Positions 1 through 10,867 of a stretch of 64,000 nt of DNA are shown piece by piece. Location: NCBI GenBank assembly GCA_030535455.1, contig JAUNJY010000013.1, positions 2,646 through 66,645 on the forward strand, in the 5' to 3' direction. Under the pieces are notes generated by a model. It was not told where the DNA came from and did no database searches. It saw only the letters and a program-made list of their open reading frames with translations. Source of the stretch: a bacterium. Its GTDB lineage: Bacteria > Bacillota > Clostridia > Lachnospirales > Lachnospiraceae. The translations under genes were made by a program, and so were the position numbers. Positions within the stretch are counted from its first letter, which is position 1; each line of letters starts with the position of its first letter.

Positions 1-650
1 GGGTAATGGGATTCTCCTGCCATTCTTTCATGACGTTCATAATATACGCTTGAACTCTTAAATCCAACTAGTGGAATCATTCCTCGTAAGAATAGATTTA
101 CTTCATGGAAATTCGCAAATTCTTGAAGCACTCTAGAAGAGATTAAGCGGTAATCCGCATGATTGTACACGACCTCTGCACCCATTTTATTAATCAGCTT
201 ATAAAATGATTCTGCTGTAAATCTTTTAAAGAAAGTATCTGTCTTACGCTTACTTCGAACGCCGTATACAACTTCGCTTCCTTCATAGTAAGCATCTACC
301 ATGGCTTCCATGGCTTTAATGTCATCCTGTCCATCACAATCGATAGAGATTGTAATGTCAGCAACGTCTTTCGATTCCATTAAACCTGCTAATACTGCAT
401 TTTGATGTCCACGGTTTCTACTTTGGCAGATCCCAATGATATATTCGTTTTCTTTGGATAACTCCTCAATGATTTCCCATGTACGGTCTTTACTTCCGTC
501 ATTTACAAAAAGGATTCTACTATCACTGCTAATCTTTCCTTTTTGAATTAGGTCCTCAATTTCTTCAATAAATAACTTTGATGTTATTGGCAACACTTGT
601 TCTTCATTGTAGCAAGGAATTACCATATATAAAACTGCATCTTTCTTCAT
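1..650 (-). CDS. GT2 polyprenol-phosphate glycosyltransferase (GtrB/YkoT-like), partial, runs off the left edge
   Basis: Manual translation MKKDAVLYMVIPCYNEEQVLP...FVNDGSKD...SRNRGHQNA...IDCDGQDD; GGAGG RBS; not in ORF track because it has no stop in the window. Confidence 0.9.
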   Translation of the reverse strand, partial: MKKDAVLYMVIPCYNEEQVLPITSKLFIEEIEDLIQKGKISSDSRILFVNDGSKDRTWEIIEELSKENEYIIGICQSRNRGHQNAVLAGLMESKDVADITISIDCDGQDDIKAMEAMVDAYYEGSEVVYGVRSKRKTDTFFKRFTAESFYKLINKMGAEVVYNHADYRLISSRVLQEFANFHEVNLFLRGMIPLVGFKSSSVYYERHERMAGESHY

Positions 651-835
651 TTCTACCTCCAAGTGTATTTCAAAATATTACCCGACGTGAAAAAGAGATG
701 CGTCACACTAGAACATCTCTTTTTCTCAGCTATTTTATGCCATAAAGGTCTCACACTCTGTTTACCATATTCTGTGACCTATTGTAACATTGTTGTTTTT
801 TATTTGCAATTGCTTTTTTTATCGAGCTTTCTACT

Positions 836-872
836 AAAAAAACAGGCTTACCATCCGGCAAACCTGTTTTTC
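836..872 (-). terminator. Intrinsic terminator after the M60 protein gene
   Basis: AAAAAACAGG...CCTGTTTTTT inverted repeat just past the stop at 879. Confidence 0.65.
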
Positions 873-878
873 TTCTAT

Positions 879-3800
879 TTATTTTGCATACATATACATT
901 GTGTGTACACGGATTGACTTGCTTTCATCTTCATAAGTAACCCTGATGGAGTTTACTCTTCCTGACAATAAGCTTTCGTCAATTACAACTTTTCCATCAA
1001 AAGCTACGTCCTCATTTTCTAATATGGTTACTGTGCTTCCTGTACCAATACATACCTCAGTCACAAACAGTGCATTGCCTGCTTGATCTTTTACTGCATC
1101 TGTGATTACTATGCTTTGATCTTCCTTCTTCGCCATTCCAACCGCAACATATTGATCGATTGCGCTAAATGTTGTTAACTTTTTAAGTTCACCAAGCATT
1201 GAATAATCGGTAATCTCATTATAATCAACATTTAAATTAGTCAGATTTCTTGCATATTGTAATCCTTCAAGGCTTGTAATTGCACTTGCACTGGCATCTA
1301 GACTTGTAAGCTTTAACATGTCTCCTACTGTGATCGTGCTTGTACTAAGCTTTAATGTGGATTTGATCTTGTTTACTAATCTATTATCTTTAAATACGAC
1401 TTTTTGTGTAAGGTCTACTCGCACTAATGCATCATATGCTTCCTGCAATGCTGCAAGATGAGAATTGATTTCTTCCTGGTCATATCCATCTGCCATGCCT
1501 GCGATTACTTGATCTTTTACTTCAGTTAAATGTGCATACGTTTCTTCTGTACATTCTGCTTCGTTTAATCCATTTACAGTGTCTAATAAGCTTAATAATT
1601 CAGAACGGTCAATTCCTGTTGTATTGCTGTTTGCATAAACAAGTTTTGCATCACACCAGTCTGCATGATCGGAACCATTGCCGTTTCCACCATCTGTTAC
1701 TACAAGTTTTAATTCTTTTGCACCATTGATGTCCACTTCCACATACTTTTGTGTTTGTTTGGATGTCATGACACCTGAGTCAAATTGTAATTCTCCATCT
1801 ACATAGACTTTGAATTCTACCGATCCTACAGTTCCATACATTCTGCGGTCAACACCTACATAGGATGTGAAGTAGTCAACGTTTTTATCTGTTAAGTCAT
1901 AAACGATTGTAGAAGTAGAATGGGCGCCAATTCCTTTTTCATAAGTAACTTCTTGTCCATTTTCTCCTGTTAATCGTAATACATTGCCACTTGTTGCACG
2001 ATCCATAACCGGTTTTGTATAACTGTTTGTTGTAGATGCATACGCAAAGTCAGATAAATATTTGTAATCGTTCATATCAACTACTGCAATTGTTCTTGTA
2101 CTAGATACAGTATTTTGGTCGCTGTCTGTTACTGTATACGTAATAGTGTATTCGCCAGGCTGGTCGAAATCTACGTCTCCTGTTATTACAACCTGATTTG
2201 TAAGATCACCATCTTCTTTATCTTGTGCTTTAAATTCACCCTTGATATCAATTGGATATCCTACTTTTGTGGAGGAGGACTTTGGAATTGTGATCACTGG
2301 GAATTTAGCACGGATTAAATCTTCTGCTAATACGAAATCACTTTCGAATAAGCTTAATGCTGGATATTCTTTTAAGCTTTCCTTTAATGCCGCTAACTTT
2401 TCTAAGGAGTTGTAAGCAGGATTTACATCTGCTTTTCCACTATCTGCAAAGAGCTCATTTAGCAATTGATCTGCCACTTTATCTTCTCCGTAGAATGTCA
2501 TTTCTCCAATACTTGCCCATGAATTATACGCATTTACAAATTCAAACTTCACTCTTCTTGCTTTTGTCTTTGACATTGTCATTACAATCTTGTCATTCAC
2601 ACTTCCGTCATAAGAGCCGGTTCCTGCTAAGAAGAAGTCATCTCCTGTTGCATCATTGGATACATAGATATTAAACTGAGTAGCAAATCCTTTTCCGCCA
2701 CTTCTTGCTGCATAAGCAATTCTGTTAATTTCTTGTTCCTCACCTAAATCAAAGATTACATGGTTTTTGAAAGTAGTGCTGTTTGGAGTTCCTGTTTCCC
2801 AGTGCGTTCCTAAATTACCGTCCGTTGCATATTTGATTACGCTTGAACCGTAATTCTTACCGTTATTTGTCACCGATACTACTGGGATTTTGAACATTTC
2901 GTTATATGCTGTAAGGTTTGTAAATGTTCCATATTGAGATTTTTCTACTGCTAGTTCTTCATAAATCGTAACATAAGTAGATTTTTCTACTGTATTCCCA
3001 TCGCTATCCGTTACTTGGTAAACTACTTCATAACGTCCTGCATTCTTTTCATCGATGGTATTTTTGATAATCTTAATATTTTCTGTTAAATTACCATCTT
3101 CCGCATCAGATGCGCTCAATTCATCTCGAAGGTTAATGGTATCGCCAAGTTTGTACGTCTTATCTGTTGCTGTCAGTACTGGCTTTTTATTGTTTGTCGT
3201 TAATCTTGTTGCTGCAATAATACCATGATCTAAAGTATTTCCGTTGCCAGAGTCATTTACTACGATCTTAAGCTGTTTTACTCCTGTTAAATCGATAGAA
3301 ACGAATTTCGCTTCTGTCTGATGCTTCATTACTCCTGAATTGTATACTTCAGTTCCGTCTGCATAGAACTTAAATATAATACTAGAGGTATTCTGTACCG
3401 CAATGGTTTGGTCCACGCCTACATAGGCTTCAAATGTGTCATATCCAAGATCAGAGATATCATATACAATTTCCGCATTTGCATGTGCATAGAACCCTTT
3501 ATCAAAGGTTCTTAACTTGCCATTCATTAATATTGAAGTATTCGTGTTTTTAAGAACTGTTTTATACTGAGTGGTTGCTGTTTCCCAAGTAAGATCAGAT
3601 AAATAGTCATATCCGCTTACTACTTCAACTCTTACTGTCTCTGTCTTTGTATATCCATTTCCTGTAATGGAATACGTCACTTCATAGTTACCTTTTTTCG
3701 AAGTATCTACGTTATGTGACACGTTCACATCTGTGATTGCATTTCCTTTATAGTCCACTGCATTAATATACTCTAATGGATTAAACTTGCTATTTAATTC

Positions 3801-6242
3801 AAGCGTAATCTTATCATCTGTCATAAGTGTTGGCTCAAAGTTACTTACGGTCTTTGTCTTTGTAGTAGATAAGTCATATGCGTAAGCAATCACTTCATAT
3901 ACAGCTTCCGTATCCTGACTTGCATTGGTATCTGTATAAGTATTTGTAGATGTGAATGCTACTAGCTTTCCATCTTTAAACACTTCATATCCCATAACAT
4001 CCGATTTATCTTCTTCATTTACGGAGAATGTCAATTCAAGTTCTGTTTCTGATTTTATAGTCTTATCTACATTTACTTTTGTATCTTCGTTTACACCATC
4101 ACCTTCGTAATTAATACGGTAAGTATTTAGGTACCAGATTTTTTCGTCTGGCTTACTGTAAACGCTTACTTTTTCTTTTGTTTCATCATTTACTGTAAAT
4201 CCATGGCGCTCAAAGTGCTCACTAAGATCTTTTCCTACTGCTTCAGATGATAATTCTACTAAATATTGTTGTTTCGAATTATTTGTATCTTCCGGATTTA
4301 ACGTTATATTACGTTCACGGTACATTTGGTTTAATCTTGCCCAATATCCTGGATATTGCATCTCTAACTGCCAGAATACACCGAGACGTTCAAAGAAGCC
4401 TTGTCCCTGATAATCTGGTGGATTGTCTGACACTACATTTTTATAAATGTGAGTTTCATACGGTGTTCTACGGTCAATCTTGTCATAAATTACAGATGTG
4501 TACATAGGTAACATATTATTTGTAGTTTCACCATAAAGTCTTGCATTAACGTCCATTCGGTGACCAATCTCATGAGTAAGTCCCCATCTTCCGCCTGCAT
4601 CTTCAAATGGCGTTAAGAGTTCCACCATATTTCCTCGTTGCACACCTATATGATTTCCTGCCGCATACATTGCACCAAATGGTTGTGCAAGTCTTACATT
4701 TTCTCTAATGTTCATTGGATCATTCTGGAGGCTGCTTCCATCTAATCCATAGTATTCAAATAGATTTTCCATGTAAGTTGTATATGAACTTATTGTTTCT
4801 GCAGGATTTACGCCATTTTCAACATATGCCTTATAAGCACCTGTTGCTGTACCTGTAAATACAAGATGTTTTGTTACAAACTCAAATGTATCGATCATTG
4901 TACGGTCTTCTACATTTGGATGTGCTTTGGCATCTTCATCTAAACGTTGTTTGTACTCTGTTAAATAAGCAATAAATTCCTCTACATCTGTTTCCTCTGT
5001 AAGATAAGGATGTCTTTCTCCATCTTCAAAACGAATGATTGGAGCACTTCCTTGTTCTTCCGGTGTATAAGGGTTATAGATATAAAGTGGCCCGCCCTTT
5101 GTTACCGTATTTTTATACCAGTTATCAGTATATACTTCAGGCACTGTAATGACATTCTTGCCCTTTTTTAAGTCTACAGTCCTTGCCCAGTTTGCAAAGC
5201 TTCCTTCCTGTTGGGAACATACAAGCTTTGGCAATGGCTTTCCATCTTCAACATCTACATATACTGTGATGGTCTGGCCTGGCATCGCCGTAATACCTGT
5301 TGGCTGATAATTATTACCGAAACCAAATTTTAAATTTTGTGTTGCATGTTTATGACGGTCACCATATTGCTCCGCCTTGATAACTCTTCCTTCAAAGTTT
5401 ACGCCGCCTTTAACAATGTCAATTGCTAAATCAATCTGGCTTTCTAACTCTTCTGAAAGAGGATGATTTGTCACTTCACTCTTTAGCTTAGTTAGGATAT
5501 CCATAGATGCATACTCTTCTTTTACTTCAAGATATGCCTGGTTTGTAAATAAATCATTTACTTTATCCTTTAGAGTGTCTTCGCGATAGAATTGGATTTC
5601 TGATGCACTAGCCCAGCCTTCTTTCGCTTCTTTAAATACCAGTTTCACCTGTTTCATAGTGGTTGGTTCAAACTTAATCTCTACAATATCCCCTGTAGAG
5701 CCAGTGTACTTAGATGTTCCAAGTAACTTAAAGTCAGAAGCATCATCGGTGTCTGAAACATAGATTTCTAAGTTTGTCGCAAACCCTTTTCCTTTTGCAC
5801 CGTCTTGTCTTGCTGCATATACCAATCTTGAGATTGTATCTGCCTCATTAAACATTATTACTACTTCATTTGTGAAACTTGTACTGTTTGGTTTCCCTGT
5901 CTCCCAATGGGTAGAGAAATCTCCATCAATTGCTTTATTGATGTAACTAGAACCATATTGTCCACCATTCTGACGAATGGATGCAATGTTTGATGCCGCA
6001 ATCTTAAATACTTCATCATAACTTGCAAGATCCTTATGTTTATAAAGATCGAACGTGGTCACTTCTAAACCTTCTGTTTCTGTTTTGCTTGTTTCTTCTG
6101 TCTTTGATTCTTTGTTTGCCTCTTCAGTGTTTAAGAAATTAATCGTCTTCACTGTTGGAGATGCATATGCTGCTACTGGTGCAATACCTTGATTTAATAC
6201 CACTGCAGAAAGCATACACAACGCAATTTTTCTTTTGTACAT
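879..6242 (-). CDS. Secreted multidomain M60-family metallopeptidase (glycopeptidase-like) with F5/8-type (CBM32), NPCBM (CBM51), DUF5011 Ig-like and LRR domains
   Basis: Signal peptide MYKRKIALCMLSAVVLNQGIAPVAAYA; HEIGH-x10-ETTNN zinc motif; two A(I/T)DG...THWETG discoidin repeats; two NPCBM repeats (GFYAHA/GIGAHS...DHG/DHAD); SLEGLQYARNLTNL LRR. Start moved to ATG 6242 (GAGAGG RBS). Confidence 0.85.
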   Translation of the reverse strand: MYKRKIALCMLSAVVLNQGIAPVAAYASPTVKTINFLNTEEANKESKTEETSKTETEGLEVTTFDLYKHKDLASYDEVFKIAASNIASIRQNGGQYGSSYINKAIDGDFSTHWETGKPNSTSFTNEVVIMFNEADTISRLVYAARQDGAKGKGFATNLEIYVSDTDDASDFKLLGTSKYTGSTGDIVEIKFEPTTMKQVKLVFKEAKEGWASASEIQFYREDTLKDKVNDLFTNQAYLEVKEEYASMDILTKLKSEVTNHPLSEELESQIDLAIDIVKGGVNFEGRVIKAEQYGDRHKHATQNLKFGFGNNYQPTGITAMPGQTITVYVDVEDGKPLPKLVCSQQEGSFANWARTVDLKKGKNVITVPEVYTDNWYKNTVTKGGPLYIYNPYTPEEQGSAPIIRFEDGERHPYLTEETDVEEFIAYLTEYKQRLDEDAKAHPNVEDRTMIDTFEFVTKHLVFTGTATGAYKAYVENGVNPAETISSYTTYMENLFEYYGLDGSSLQNDPMNIRENVRLAQPFGAMYAAGNHIGVQRGNMVELLTPFEDAGGRWGLTHEIGHRMDVNARLYGETTNNMLPMYTSVIYDKIDRRTPYETHIYKNVVSDNPPDYQGQGFFERLGVFWQLEMQYPGYWARLNQMYRERNITLNPEDTNNSKQQYLVELSSEAVGKDLSEHFERHGFTVNDETKEKVSVYSKPDEKIWYLNTYRINYEGDGVNEDTKVNVDKTIKSETELELTFSVNEEDKSDVMGYEVFKDGKLVAFTSTNTYTDTNASQDTEAVYEVIAYAYDLSTTKTKTVSNFEPTLMTDDKITLELNSKFNPLEYINAVDYKGNAITDVNVSHNVDTSKKGNYEVTYSITGNGYTKTETVRVEVVSGYDYLSDLTWETATTQYKTVLKNTNTSILMNGKLRTFDKGFYAHANAEIVYDISDLGYDTFEAYVGVDQTIAVQNTSSIIFKFYADGTEVYNSGVMKHQTEAKFVSIDLTGVKQLKIVVNDSGNGNTLDHGIIAATRLTTNNKKPVLTATDKTYKLGDTINLRDELSASDAEDGNLTENIKIIKNTIDEKNAGRYEVVYQVTDSDGNTVEKSTYVTIYEELAVEKSQYGTFTNLTAYNEMFKIPVVSVTNNGKNYGSSVIKYATDGNLGTHWETGTPNSTTFKNHVIFDLGEEQEINRIAYAARSGGKGFATQFNIYVSNDATGDDFFLAGTGSYDGSVNDKIVMTMSKTKARRVKFEFVNAYNSWASIGEMTFYGEDKVADQLLNELFADSGKADVNPAYNSLEKLAALKESLKEYPALSLFESDFVLAEDLIRAKFPVITIPKSSSTKVGYPIDIKGEFKAQDKEDGDLTNQVVITGDVDFDQPGEYTITYTVTDSDQNTVSSTRTIAVVDMNDYKYLSDFAYASTTNSYTKPVMDRATSGNVLRLTGENGQEVTYEKGIGAHSTSTIVYDLTDKNVDYFTSYVGVDRRMYGTVGSVEFKVYVDGELQFDSGVMTSKQTQKYVEVDINGAKELKLVVTDGGNGNGSDHADWCDAKLVYANSNTTGIDRSELLSLLDTVNGLNEAECTEETYAHLTEVKDQVIAGMADGYDQEEINSHLAALQEAYDALVRVDLTQKVVFKDNRLVNKIKSTLKLSTSTITVGDMLKLTSLDASASAITSLEGLQYARNLTNLNVDYNEITDYSMLGELKKLTTFSAIDQYVAVGMAKKEDQSIVITDAVKDQAGNALFVTEVCIGTGSTVTILENEDVAFDGKVVIDESLLSGRVNSIRVTYEDESKSIRVHTMYMYAK

Positions 6243-6295
6243 TTTTCTCATCCTCTCAACATACCCATCAAACACAGTCACAGAGTCATACATAC

Positions 6296-6364
6296 AAAAA
6301 AAGAGAATGATAGCATTCTTAAGATTACAAAGTTATTGTTCACCTAGAAATACTACATTCTCTA
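6296..6364 (-). terminator. Leader terminator, probable riboswitch expression platform
   Basis: Minus strand AGAGAATGTAGTATTTCT...AGAATGCTATCATTCTCT followed by a T run, between aptamer and start codon. Confidence 0.6.
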
Positions 6365-6409
6365 ATACTATTTATTCTTATTAAATAAACAAAAAGTAAG
6401 ATGTACTCT

Positions 6410-6495
6410 TTGGCAACTGGCTGACATAGCATCATTATGATACGTTAGTCCCTATAGCTTTGCGTCCCTAAGTTTTCTTAGGTTTGCCTATGAAA
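6410..6495 (-). ncRNA. Cyclic di-GMP-I (GEMM) riboswitch
   Basis: Minus strand GGCAAACCTAAGAAAACTTAGGGACGCAAAGCTATAGGGACTAA...GTCAGCCAGTTGCC matches the GGCAAACC/GGGACGCAAAGC/CCAGTTGCC consensus. Confidence 0.92.
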
Positions 6496-6731
6496 TTAAT
6501 TCGAAGTCATTCTAACATAAAGATTTTTTTATTCCTATATGGGATAATAAACAATCTTTTCGACAAATTTCTACATGCTTTTTGTTTAATCTAATCAATA
6601 ACTTGGATAGTTAATTAAACTGAACTAAATTTTTAGTATATTTTCCTAGTTCTAAGGTCCTAGTCCATTTTTTTATCCAATTTATTCCTTCTGTTATTGT
6701 ACCGCTTTTACCATACACTTTCTATTCACTG

Positions 6732-7958
6732 TTAGTTATCTAAGTAAATATGCTGAGGTAATCCATCAATAAAAATTGGAGATAATTCTGCCTGAATTAA
6801 TGGTCTTGCATAATCCAAAAACTCCTGCGTCATACAAGTATGGTCTTTGTTTAACCATTCAATTGGCACTTTCTTCTCAAAGTTTGCAACCTTATGGATA
6901 TCGATTAGCTCAGTTGTACACTGATACGGATCATTGGAGATACGTTTTAAGGATACCATTTCTCCTGTATGTCCTTCAAATGCAGCCTTTACTGCTGCAC
7001 CACCAACTTGGTATGCCTCTGTGATATCTGTTCTGCTTGTCATATGGGAGGCACAGCGTTGTAATGTGGAAAGTTCAATTGCACGTGTCTTTGTATTTAA
7101 TGCTGCTGCCACTCTGTTTGCAAGGTACTTTGCAGTTCCTGATAAACTTGTGTGTCCAAAGGAATCTACAAAACGAGCATCGTCTGATAACTCACATACA
7201 TATCTTCCATCTGCCAGCTTAACGCCTTCTGAAACCGCGATTACGATGGATTTCTTTTCTTTTTGCATGCGTTCTACCTTGGCAATAAAGTTCTCCACAT
7301 TGAATGGATACTCTGGAAGACAGATCATGTCTACGCCTTCACAGTCTGGTCCATTGGCAAGGCTTGCAGCTGATGTAAGCCAGCCAGCATTTCTACCCAT
7401 GATTTCTACGATTGTCACATAATTTGTACCATATACTGTAGCATCACGAACTAACTCTTTCATTACTACTGCAATATATTTTGCTGCTGATCCGTACCCT
7501 GGGGTATGGTCTGTCACTGCTAAATCATTATCAATTGTCTTTGGAACACCGATAAAACGGATATCGCTTCCAATGGATGCTGCATAGTCGGATAATTTCA
7601 TAATTGTATCCATACTATCATTTCCACCTATGTAAAAGAAGTAACCGATATTTAACTTCTCTAACTTTTCAAATATCTTCACATAAAGTGCCTCATCTTC
7701 TGTAACCGAAGGAAGTTTAAATCTACAGCTTCCAAGATAGGAGGATGGTGTTCTTTTTAACAACTCGATTTCTACCTGACCTGAGATTTTTTCTCTCATA
7801 TCAATATAGTCATCATTAATAAATCCTTCAATCCCGTGTCTCATTCCATAAATCTTATCTGCCCCACGTCGAAGCGCCGCTTGAAACACCCCTGCTAATG
7901 TAGCATTGATTACGGATGTAGGCCCTCCACTTTGTCCAACAATTACATTCTTATTCAT
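6732..7958 (-). CDS. pfp: 6-phosphofructokinase, probably PPi-dependent
   Basis: GQSGGP, GGNDS (Asp typical of PPi type), PKTIDND, MGR motifs; 408 aa. Confidence 0.85.
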   Translation of the reverse strand: MNKNVIVGQSGGPTSVINATLAGVFQAALRRGADKIYGMRHGIEGFINDDYIDMREKISGQVEIELLKRTPSSYLGSCRFKLPSVTEDEALYVKIFEKLEKLNIGYFFYIGGNDSMDTIMKLSDYAASIGSDIRFIGVPKTIDNDLAVTDHTPGYGSAAKYIAVVMKELVRDATVYGTNYVTIVEIMGRNAGWLTSAASLANGPDCEGVDMICLPEYPFNVENFIAKVERMQKEKKSIVIAVSEGVKLADGRYVCELSDDARFVDSFGHTSLSGTAKYLANRVAAALNTKTRAIELSTLQRCASHMTSRTDITEAYQVGGAAVKAAFEGHTGEMVSLKRISNDPYQCTTELIDIHKVANFEKKVPIEWLNKDHTCMTQEFLDYARPLIQAELSPIFIDGLPQHIYLDN

Positions 7959-8078
7959 TTACTGACCTCCTGGTATATTGGTTCAACTATTATTTACGTA
8001 CAACCTTTATTATCTTCCCTGTAAATTGCACAGTTGCTATTCTAACATCATTTATTAAACAACGCAATTTCAGATTGC

Positions 8079-8123
8079 AAAAAAGGAGTTCAATTGTAAC
8101 TTTTCCAATTGAACTCCTTTTTC
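8079..8123. terminator. Bidirectional intrinsic terminator
   Basis: AAAAAGGAGTTCAATTG...CAATTGAACTCCTTTTT perfect inverted repeat. Confidence 0.75.
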
Positions 8124-8139
8124 TATATCCTTTTATTTA

Positions 8140-8352
8140 TTAAAACCCAGCTACTTTTCCGATTCTAAAATACTTCATTCTAGCCTGGTTTAGACTTAAT
8201 TCATTTGCTCCATGTGTATAATCTGGATTGTCATATTGCATTTGATCATCTTTCCATCCACAGATACTACAAACTTCAGATGTTCCCGTTGACATCTTTT
8301 CTAGTGTATAATTTCTGCAACATGCACATTGGTATCTTTTATAACTATCCAT
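8140..8352 (-). CDS. CPCC-family cysteine-rich small protein
   Basis: YQCACC...CSICGWKDD...GANELSLNQAR pattern; AGGAG RBS. Confidence 0.8.
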   Translation of the reverse strand: MDSYKRYQCACCRNYTLEKMSTGTSEVCSICGWKDDQMQYDNPDYTHGANELSLNQARMKYFRIGKVAGF

Positions 8353-8519
8353 TTACTAATCCGCTCCTTTATATTGGCTAACAGTACAAATTCCCATACT
8401 ATTTGTTTCCGTTAGTTTACAATTTCTCTATTTACGGTAATATATTATACCACAAAATAAGAATACTTTTGTTACTAAATTAGATACAATCCAATAAAAA
8501 GAAGAATTTTATTACTTTT

Positions 8520-10850
8520 TTACTCTGTGATTAATTCATATGCAGAAATTCTCTTTATTCTTCTTGCTACTACTAATGAGAAGAATAATGATACCGCAAC
8601 CACTGCTGTGAATACAACCAAAACCATAGACAGTGGTACGATAAACTCAATCTTCATTACTCCTAAAAAGCCGAATACACTAGTTATTACTGAATTCATA
8701 CATAAATAGCTGATTAATCCGCCTGCCACACCTCCAAGGCATACAATTGGAAGTAAGCTGATTACTGTCTGAAGGATTAACTGCTTGGTAGAAAAACCAA
8801 TTGCCTTTGCAATACCAAAGTCTACTTTCTTCTTAATGATCACGGTCTTAATTACCATATACAAAATAATAGCAATCATCGCTACAGATATGATAATGAT
8901 AAACGCACATAATATTCCGGAAATCATCTTAAAGGTCTGCATTGAACTATCAATGGATTTTTCCGCATTCATGCTAGACACGATCTGTTCTCCATATTTT
9001 GCAGTTAATTCATCAATATAATCGGACGTAACGCTTTCATCTCTTAAATAAATATTTAATGACTGCTTTTTATAGTCTGGATCAATCTTCTCATAGGCTG
9101 TTGTGGTAAGTTCTACACAGTTTCCATTGCTGTTTACAGACTGTATAAATCCAGTCACCATATACTCCTGTGACTTGGTTCCATGGCTGATTGCCAGCTT
9201 ATCTCCGACTTTTAGGTTGAGACTCTTCTCTAATGACGAACCTACTGCAACCTCATTTTCATGCTCCGGATTTCTTCCTTTATAACAGATATCATGATCC
9301 ATTTTGGTAAAGTCATCTGTAATAAATGCATTCACGTTTTCTTTATCTATCATTACACATGAAGTATCATAATATAGGGCATCCTTCACATTTTCATTGC
9401 CCTTTACTTCATCATATAACTTAGTATCTTCGGAGTCTGCCACATTGAGTATAATGGATTGCTTTGTTTCCACTAGGGCATTGATAAATGCATTGGAATT
9501 TATGCTTATATTATAAAACATGGTTCCTGCAAAGATACCTGCAAACATGACTGCCATTAATAGTAAGAATAACAATACATTCTGTTTTCCGTTAGTAATC
9601 ATCATCTTGCATGACATGATAAAGCTGACATTTCCCTTGGTCTCTTCCATTGGAAAGTAATTTTTCTTAAAGTCATGTGCCTCTTTTCCACCACGCAGGG
9701 CAATGATTGCCGGCATCCTACGTATCTTTCTTGCAGTCATATAAGAAAATGTGGTAATCAGGATTACTACCATAAGAAGGGTAACTACTGCTGCCAAAAC
9801 ATCAATTCCCTGCTCCCACAATACACCTGTCTGAGCTGCATAAACCATCTGAAGAACTGGAACTAAAGCATATGATCCGATAATTCCTATAATAGATGCA
9901 AGTATGCTCACCAAGATATATGGCATGATCATCGATAAGATAATCTGACTACCTGTATATCCTAACGCCTTCAATACGCCCATATTCTTAATCTCTTCCT
10001 CAATACTGCTGTTTATTCTAAAGTTGCTGACTAACAGGCTTACTACCAGAATAATCATTGCAAATGCAATAAATATGGCACCTATCATATTGGCTGTAAT
10101 CGTCCTTCCACTTTTACATGCATCAAAATAACTGTTCTTATATAATTCCTGCACATTTCCAGTTAATAAATCCTCAATTTGAGAAGACACTCTTTTTGCG
10201 GCTTCCTTTGAGTTACATCTTGTAAAAATGCTTACTGCCTTTGCCTCTTCTCCGGCTTCCTGTTCTAACACCTTATAGGATGCTTTAGGAAGATATACAC
10301 TGACTAGCCCAATGCTTTGTCCTCCATACACCATATCTTCTACAAACCCATCAATAATAAAGCTATACTCTTTCTTTCCTACTGTATACGTATATTCATC
10401 TCCAAGTTTGTATCCTGCATATCTTAAATACTGGGAAACATATGCTGTCTGGCTGGTACGTTTACCTGTATCTTCTACAAGGTTTACCTGATTTAACTGA
10501 TGCTCATCATCTATGTTATAGAAGATATTCTCCATATCCAAAGAATTATCATGAAATCTATAAGACCCACGTAACAACACAGCCTCCCTGATTTCTACTG
10601 TTTTTACATCCTCCATATCCTTGATTTTCTCTACATACGTAGGCTGGTTATCAGATTTCATCAGGACCGTAAAGGTATCTGGACTATTATGCTGTTCCCA
10701 CTTTTTATCAAAAGACTTAGAGAAATTCAGTTGAGAAAGCAATCCTATATGGAACATGGCAATGGCAAAAATTAAGATAATTCCAAAGGAGATATACTGG
10801 CTCATATTTTTCTTTAAATTACGTACTGCTAATAAACCATATTGTTTCAT
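8520..10850 (-). CDS. ABC transporter permease, FtsX/MacB-like with duplicated repeat
   Basis: MGVLKALGYT and FGIAKAIGFS FtsX motifs, multiple TM helices. Confidence 0.9.
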   Translation of the reverse strand: MKQYGLLAVRNLKKNMSQYISFGIILIFAIAMFHIGLLSQLNFSKSFDKKWEQHNSPDTFTVLMKSDNQPTYVEKIKDMEDVKTVEIREAVLLRGSYRFHDNSLDMENIFYNIDDEHQLNQVNLVEDTGKRTSQTAYVSQYLRYAGYKLGDEYTYTVGKKEYSFIIDGFVEDMVYGGQSIGLVSVYLPKASYKVLEQEAGEEAKAVSIFTRCNSKEAAKRVSSQIEDLLTGNVQELYKNSYFDACKSGRTITANMIGAIFIAFAMIILVVSLLVSNFRINSSIEEEIKNMGVLKALGYTGSQIILSMIMPYILVSILASIIGIIGSYALVPVLQMVYAAQTGVLWEQGIDVLAAVVTLLMVVILITTFSYMTARKIRRMPAIIALRGGKEAHDFKKNYFPMEETKGNVSFIMSCKMMITNGKQNVLLFLLLMAVMFAGIFAGTMFYNISINSNAFINALVETKQSIILNVADSEDTKLYDEVKGNENVKDALYYDTSCVMIDKENVNAFITDDFTKMDHDICYKGRNPEHENEVAVGSSLEKSLNLKVGDKLAISHGTKSQEYMVTGFIQSVNSNGNCVELTTTAYEKIDPDYKKQSLNIYLRDESVTSDYIDELTAKYGEQIVSSMNAEKSIDSSMQTFKMISGILCAFIIIISVAMIAIILYMVIKTVIIKKKVDFGIAKAIGFSTKQLILQTVISLLPIVCLGGVAGGLISYLCMNSVITSVFGFLGVMKIEFIVPLSMVLVVFTAVVAVSLFFSLVVARRIKRISAYELITE

Positions 10851-10867
10851 TATCCATCCCCCCGTCC

